Translations under genes and position numbers: made by a program
The notes under the pieces: generated by a model
Database searches by the model: none
Told to the model about the DNA's origin: nothing
Seen by the model: only the letters and a program-made list of their open reading frames with translations
Shown here: piece by piece, positions 27,352 to 32,000 of the stretch
Numbering within the stretch: position 1 is the stretch's first letter
How the letters are laid out: each line of letters opens with the position of its first letter
Assembly: GCF_000018105.1 (NCBI RefSeq)
Contig: NC_009925.1
Location: forward strand, 2,880,001-2,912,000
Length of the DNA: 32,000 bases
Source: Acaryochloris marina MBIC11017
GTDB taxonomy: Bacteria > Cyanobacteriota > Cyanobacteriia > Thermosynechococcales > Thermosynechococcaceae
Direction: 5' to 3'

Positions 27352-27741
27352 ATGTCTGCAACTGAAGAAATTCTAGAAAAGCTAAAATCCTTAACCCTTC
27401 TTGAGGCTGCTGATTTAGTCAAGCAAATTGAAGAAACCTTTGGTGTGAGCGCTGCTCCTGCCGCAGGTGTGATGATGGCTGCCCCTGGTGCTGGTGGAGC
27501 AGCAGGTGGTGAGGAAGCCGAAGAAAAGACTGAATTTGATGTCGTCTTGGAAGAAGTGCCTTCAGACAAGAAGATTGCCGTTCTTAAGGTCGTCCGCACC
27601 TTGACTGGTTTAGGTCTGAAAGAAGCCAAAGAAATGGTGGAATCTACACCCAAGTCCATCAAGGAAGGGGTTTCCAAAGAGGACGCCGAAGAAGCCAAGA
27701 AGAGCCTGGAAGATGCAGGTGGAAAGGCTTCTCTCAAGTAG
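27352..27741 (+). CDS. rplL: 50S ribosomal protein L7/L12
   Basis: An AAGGAAG SD is present. [25 protein letters not shown] is followed by an Ala/Gly hinge, then [25 protein letters not shown]. Confidence 0.95.
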   Translation: MSATEEILEKLKSLTLLEAADLVKQIEETFGVSAAPAAGVMMAAPGAGGAAGGEEAEEKTEFDVVLEEVPSDKKIAVLKVVRTLTGLGLKEAKEMVESTPKSIKEGVSKEDAEEAKKSLEDAGGKASLK

Positions 27742-27837
27742 TGCCTAGCGTTGCCGTTTAGCCGGTTAAACCTGGCTGAATCAGCTATATCCTCTACATT
27801 CAAATTTCAAACTAAAGGCTTGTTAGGAGACCTTCTC

Positions 27838-28119
27838 TTAGCAAGTCTTTAATTGTGTGATGATATCGACGGTGGGAGGCGTAAACAGATAAAGTTGATG
27901 CCCCAGTTGTTGTTGATGTCCTGAGATCGCACACGTACTGCCGGCCGCAAAATCGGCAAATCGTTGAGCCAGTTCAGTCCCCAAGCTGGCAAAATTTAAG
28001 AGGATAACGGTTCCCGCCTTAAGGGCATCGACAGCCTGGGCAGTTTCGTCAAAGGTCTGGGGGGTAAGAACAGCAATTGTATAATTGGATATCCCAGGAA
28101 GTGGCAGTAAGTTAGCCAT
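27838..28119 (-). CDS. SepF-family (DUF552/YlmF-like) small protein, short form
   Basis: At 93 aa it corresponds to the SepF C-terminal core: VLTPQTFDETAQAVDALKAGTVILLNF...LAQRFADFAAGSTCAISGHQQQLGHQLYLFTPPTV. It lacks the N-terminal amphipathic helix and linker of full-length SepF. Confidence 0.6.
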   Translation of the reverse strand: MANLLPLPGISNYTIAVLTPQTFDETAQAVDALKAGTVILLNFASLGTELAQRFADFAAGSTCAISGHQQQLGHQLYLFTPPTVDIITQLKTC

Positions 28120-28175
28120 ACTTGCTCACCTGAATCCATTGATCGTTACCGTCTAAACTAGCGCAACTTGTCAAT

Positions 28176-28628
28176 ATGCAGAAGCCTTTACTGCCAAAAG
28201 ATTGCCAATTGCGTCCTGCCATCGCTACAGATATTGGCTCTATTCGGCGATTAGTCTGGTCTGCCAGACTGGATCCAACCCAGATCCGATGGTCTCAATT
28301 CTGGGTGATTGAACAACATCAAACTGTTATCGCTTGTGGACAACTGCGGGTCTTTCCAGATGCTCAAGAACTGGGTAGCTTAGTCGTGAAACCCACCCAT
28401 CAAGGTCAAGGGCTAGGCACCCTATTGGCTCAACACTTAATTGAACAGGCATCCCAACCCCTATATCTCGAATGTCTAGGGCAACGATTATGCCAGTATT
28501 ATCAGCGCATGGGATTTCAGATCGTGGAGTGGCAGGCACTGCCCCCAGGGTTGAAACGAAAATTTGGACTCTCCAGAGTTGCGAAGGTTTTACTCCGCAT
28601 TCCCGTTGAGTTTATGTACTATGCGTAG
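28176..28628 (+). CDS. GNAT family N-acetyltransferase
   Basis: Acetyl-CoA binding motif A is LVVKPTHQGQGLGTLLAQHLIE. The size is 150 aa and a downstream YYQRMGF motif is present. Confidence 0.8.
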   Translation: MQKPLLPKDCQLRPAIATDIGSIRRLVWSARLDPTQIRWSQFWVIEQHQTVIACGQLRVFPDAQELGSLVVKPTHQGQGLGTLLAQHLIEQASQPLYLECLGQRLCQYYQRMGFQIVEWQALPPGLKRKFGLSRVAKVLLRIPVEFMYYA

Positions 28629-28690
28629 TCCCTCGCTAATAGTGAAGAGGCAACGTATACAGACCTCATACAATTGATTGCCCTATCAGC

Positions 28691-29425
28691 CTAATGAACG
28701 AAATTAGGAAGTTCTGGCTGGGGAGAAGATGGATAGGAGGGTTGGATTTCTACATCCACCGTTGGCGGTGACTGCTTCTCTACGGAAGACTGAGAGGTAG
28801 GTAACGCCACAGTCTGAGGGCTAGTCTGTCGACCGCCTGTATTTTGTAGACCTAAGGCAGCTAGCTTCCGACAGCAAATCGCAAAGGCATCAGAGACACT
28901 GCTGGGATCCGTGGCAGACCAAGGCGAGACGGCGGAAGAAGAGGTTAGCAGCGAATCATCCACGGCCACGGTGGCATAGCCAAAGGAAACCATTTGCCGA
29001 GGGGTAACTTTAGCATTCGGTACAAAGGTGTTGGAGTTATTTTTCAATACTGTTTTGTATTCACAAATGCGGGCTTGTTGGCGACGAAGTTGCGATCGCA
29101 AGTCCTGACAAATCGACTGAAACTCTTGCAGCTTTTCAGCTTCCCGATGAGCATCCCGCTCGGCATTCTCTAAATCTTGCTCGAGCTGCGCGCGATGAGA
29201 TTCATGGCCCACTAATTGTTCAGTGAGGGAATCGATCAAACATTGCTGATATTGCAGCAAATTATGGGCCGTTTCCAATTCTTGTCGCAAGACTGCTACA
29301 TCTTCTTCCCCCAAAACTGTATCGACTGGCAACAGCTTGTCTTGCCATCGATGACTATTCAATTCAGAATCCACAAGGGTTTTGAGCCTGGGAACAGAAG
29401 ATGGAATGATGCTTTCGTCGTGCAT
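28691..29425 (-). CDS. Hypothetical coiled-coil protein
   Basis: 244 aa. The N-terminal half is heptad-rich and charged (LRQELETAHNLLQYQQ...QLEQDLENAERDAHREAEKLQEFQ...LRRQQARI). The C-terminal half is Ser/Pro/Thr-rich. I recognise no enzymatic motif. Confidence 0.6.
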   Translation of the reverse strand: MHDESIIPSSVPRLKTLVDSELNSHRWQDKLLPVDTVLGEEDVAVLRQELETAHNLLQYQQCLIDSLTEQLVGHESHRAQLEQDLENAERDAHREAEKLQEFQSICQDLRSQLRRQQARICEYKTVLKNNSNTFVPNAKVTPRQMVSFGYATVAVDDSLLTSSSAVSPWSATDPSSVSDAFAICCRKLAALGLQNTGGRQTSPQTVALPTSQSSVEKQSPPTVDVEIQPSYPSSPQPELPNFVH

Positions 29426-29719
29426 GGGAGTGCCCTATGAATTGAGCTATGGTGGCGGTTGACTCAAAGCAAACAGTCTACGCGCGCTTTGAATCGCATA
29501 GCATTCCATATCTGCAGGCCTAGGATTAGAGAAAAATCTTTAAGCTAAAACTGAAGCCTAAAATTGATAGCTGATCGAACGGTTCACAACCGACAGATGT
29601 AGAACGCGACTTTTTAAAGTTGTCAGTATGGGACCACCTCATATAAGATAGCTTCTTCTTCAAGGGAAGCAGGGCAATATCAGTGGTTTGAAACCTAAAT
29701 TTACATATATTTATCAAAA

Positions 29720-32000
29720 TTAGATGACATCTTGACGATGTTGGATAAAAACCACCAGACTCAGCATTCCCACCATGATTAATCCTAATTTCAGCCAATG
29801 TTTACCAACATTGACGGCAAATGCAGTGCCTGCCTTATCATGAAATCGCCCCACTAGGAGTTCTGCAGCTGCGATCGCAGTTCCGCGTTTTTCCCGCCAA
29901 TCACTAAACTGATCTTGCCAAGTGTCCAATTGGTCACGATAGTCCTTAACCTGGTCGTTATAGTCTTCGATCTCATCTTCATAAGTCGACCGATTGTCAG
30001 CCGTTAATTTGGGCGGATCGCCTGGATCTTCCGGTTTAGCAGGCTGAGGCTGATCTACGGCTGGATCATATTCTTGGCGTAGGGCAGGGAAAGTACATTG
30101 GGTAAAAATTTGTGGTCCCAAACATTGGCAGTTCTCTTTACCCTCATCACTCAACTGTTCTCGCGCGTCCGTCGATAGTTGCCAGCAAGAATCTCCTGCA
30201 ATATCTTTGCCCACTTCAGACAGGGTAATTAAACTTTCATAGGGCCAGCGAGTAACCGTCAGCTGACTCAGGACTTGTCCTGGCGTGCCCAGGGAATCCA
30301 GAGAGATAATGGCCCCAGAAAAAGTGATTTGAGGGAGTAAGAACAGAATCGTCAGCAAAGGTGCCACACTCTGGTTAGGAGCCAAGGCAGAGACAGACAG
30401 ACCCATCACCATGCCCCCCAAGGTAGCCAAGAAAAGGGTGATATACATGCCTAGGAGGCCATGCCAATCGATGGGCAAGTTCACGGCCAAAACCTTGGTC
30501 AGCAGGAAGATAGCGGCTTGGTACAGAGCTAACAGGAGGCTCAGCCAGACCTTGGAAAATACATAGGGCAAAATCTTGAGCCCAATCATCCGTTCGCGTC
30601 GATAGATCTCCCGTTCCTTGACGATCTCCCGCATCATCGCCAAGCTGCCAACCATCACAGCCGTCAAAACCGTAATAAAGAGCAGCGTGAACACCTGCCC
30701 CGGATCACCCTTGGTGGCATCAAACATGGGGCGCTGCCACATCACGAAATCTAGCAGGCCCAAAATGGGAGCTAATGCCAGCATTAAAATCAAGCTAGCC
30801 CGATCTTGACGCAGAATGGTCCAATTGCGCTGGGCCAGAATCGCAAACTGCCGCCAACCTGAAATAGCCGTCGTTCGCGGCTGAGGGGGCTTAGATTTTG
30901 CTTTTTGGGGCGTGGTGGGAACGGATAAACTGGCCTGACGCTGAGTGATATAGGTCTGATAGAGGGTGGACTGGCGGTATTGCTGTTCCCAGATTTCTGG
31001 CGTTTGCTCTCCTTCTATTTTGAGGTAGATTTCATCAAAATCCTCTACTCCAAAATAGGTCAAGGCTTCAGCCGGGGGACCAAAATAGGCAATCCGCCCT
31101 CCCTTCGCCAAAAACACAACGAGGTCACAAACCATGACATTTTTGGTGGCATGGGTGATCAGAAGAATGGTTCGCCCTTGATCCGCAAGCCGCCGCAGTA
31201 ACCGCATCATCAAGGTTTCAGTCCCCGGGTCTAGCCCCGAAGTGGCTTCATCCAAGAAAAATAAACTGGGCTGGGTTAATAGCTCCACCCCAATCGAGAC
31301 TCGTTTGCGTTGACCACCACTTAAGGAGCGCACGCGCAGATGCTCCCGTTCCCGCAGCTCTAAATCTTGAAGCACAGATTGAATCTGCTGTTTACGTTCG
31401 GCTCGCGTTACATCAGCTGGAAGCCGCAGACGCGCTGCATAATCTAGAGCCTGGCTCACGGTCAGCTCCCGATGAATAATATCGTCTTGGGGAACGTAGC
31501 CTAGCTCTGTGCGAAAGAGGTTGAAGTTCTTATATAAATCCTGGTCATTGACCAAGACGGAGCCACTCGTAGCAGGGCGAAGTCCATTTAAAGCATCCAG
31601 AAGGGTCGACTTGCCCGCTCCACTCACCCCCACTACTGCGACAAACTCCTGAGGCAAGATCGATAGGGAAATATCGTTTAAAAGAATATTTTTCTTGCTG
31701 GTCACCTTACTCAGGTGCACCGCATCAAGGCGGAGGTTGCCTGAATCATTCTGCTGAATCAGGGTTTCATCAAAATTAAAGACAAAGTGATAAGGGCCAA
31801 TGCGAATCGTATCGCCTGGGCGGAGGGGTTGGGGATTGCGGAGCTGGCGACCGTTTACGTAGGTTCCATTCGATGAATGGAGATCTTCGATCACCCAGGT
31901 GCCGCTTTTGAGGCCAATTTGGGCATGAAACCGGGAGACCACAGGATGATCAATCACGGTAGTATTGCGTGGATCACGACCAAAACTCAGACTTTTCAGT
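29720..32000 (-). CDS. FHA domain-fused ABC exporter (NBD plus ABC-2/ABCG-like membrane domain); N-terminus lies outside the window
   Basis: The frame stays open beyond the track's GTG at 31957, to the window edge: ...LKSLSFGRDPRNTTVIDHPVVSRFHAQI is mid-FHA domain. NBD motifs: GVSGAGKSTLL, LSGGQRKRVSIG, LFFLDEATSGLD and LLITH. Six predicted TM helices follow, with a loop of about 170 aa before the last one. Confidence 0.9.
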   Translation of the reverse strand, partial: LKSLSFGRDPRNTTVIDHPVVSRFHAQIGLKSGTWVIEDLHSSNGTYVNGRQLRNPQPLRPGDTIRIGPYHFVFNFDETLIQQNDSGNLRLDAVHLSKVTSKKNILLNDISLSILPQEFVAVVGVSGAGKSTLLDALNGLRPATSGSVLVNDQDLYKNFNLFRTELGYVPQDDIIHRELTVSQALDYAARLRLPADVTRAERKQQIQSVLQDLELREREHLRVRSLSGGQRKRVSIGVELLTQPSLFFLDEATSGLDPGTETLMMRLLRRLADQGRTILLITHATKNVMVCDLVVFLAKGGRIAYFGPPAEALTYFGVEDFDEIYLKIEGEQTPEIWEQQYRQSTLYQTYITQRQASLSVPTTPQKAKSKPPQPRTTAISGWRQFAILAQRNWTILRQDRASLILMLALAPILGLLDFVMWQRPMFDATKGDPGQVFTLLFITVLTAVMVGSLAMMREIVKEREIYRRERMIGLKILPYVFSKVWLSLLLALYQAAIFLLTKVLAVNLPIDWHGLLGMYITLFLATLGGMVMGLSVSALAPNQSVAPLLTILFLLPQITFSGAIISLDSLGTPGQVLSQLTVTRWPYESLITLSEVGKDIAGDSCWQLSTDAREQLSDEGKENCQCLGPQIFTQCTFPALRQEYDPAVDQPQPAKPEDPGDPPKLTADNRSTYEDEIEDYNDQVKDYRDQLDTWQDQFSDWREKRGTAIAAAELLVGRFHDKAGTAFAVNVGKHWLKLGLIMVGMLSLVVFIQHRQDVI

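Noticed and set aside
27240-27803. A 187-aa minus-strand ORF antisense to rplJ and rplL
   Set aside because: Its low-complexity Ala/Ser/Pro content is the mirror image of the Ala/Gly/Glu-rich L7/L12 hinge. It has no start context or motifs.
29526-29798. A 90-aa minus-strand ORF overlapping the 3' end of the FHA-ABC gene
   Set aside because: It overlaps the exporter's last TM helix codons in another frame and extends into an AT-rich spacer. It has no motifs.
1-32000. Search for CRISPR arrays, IS elements, integrases, prophage or defence-island genes, and rRNA
   Set aside because: I saw no regularly spaced direct repeats, no transposase, integrase, nuclease or helicase-type ORFs and no rRNA-like sequence. 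Apart from 5357-8632 and 9679-9987, the window looks like core chromosome.

Overview
This window reads as a cyanobacterial chromosomal segment. The evidence is 13 exact copies of the HIP1 palindrome GCGATCGC, chlorophyll-pathway genes, genes shared with the plastid lineage, and the rplS / tRNA-Trp / secE-nusG-rplKAJL arrangement. Most of it is housekeeping and densely coding. It holds a NitT/TauT-type ABC transporter (permease fragment plus ATPase), anmK, a TPR-tailed Ser/Thr kinase, murF, rph, dcd, cobK, a CobA/CobO-like protein, a 2OG-Fe(II) oxygenase, an FHA-PAS-GAF-GGDEF-EAL protein, the ribosomal protein/secE/nusG cluster with tRNA-Trp, a short SepF-like protein, a GNAT acetyltransferase and an FHA-fused ABC exporter that runs off the right edge. 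I saw no rRNA, CRISPR array, transposase, integrase or recognisable defence gene. The best candidate for an undescribed system is a tightly coupled three-gene minus-strand operon (5357-8077). It encodes a KAS III/FabH-like condensing enzyme, a heme-oxygenase-like putative diiron oxidase and a 294-aa orphan protein with no motif I recognise. It is followed co-directionally by the Ser/Thr kinase and anmK. The second candidate is a co-directional cluster (10226-14074) of a PAO/TIC55-type Rieske oxygenase, a BciB/HCAR-family reductase, a DUF3611 (TIC21/PIC1-like) membrane protein and a DUF1823-like protein. All family assignments come from motif reading and memory; no database search was run. Start codons were refined by eye where the ORF track begins at TTG or GTG.
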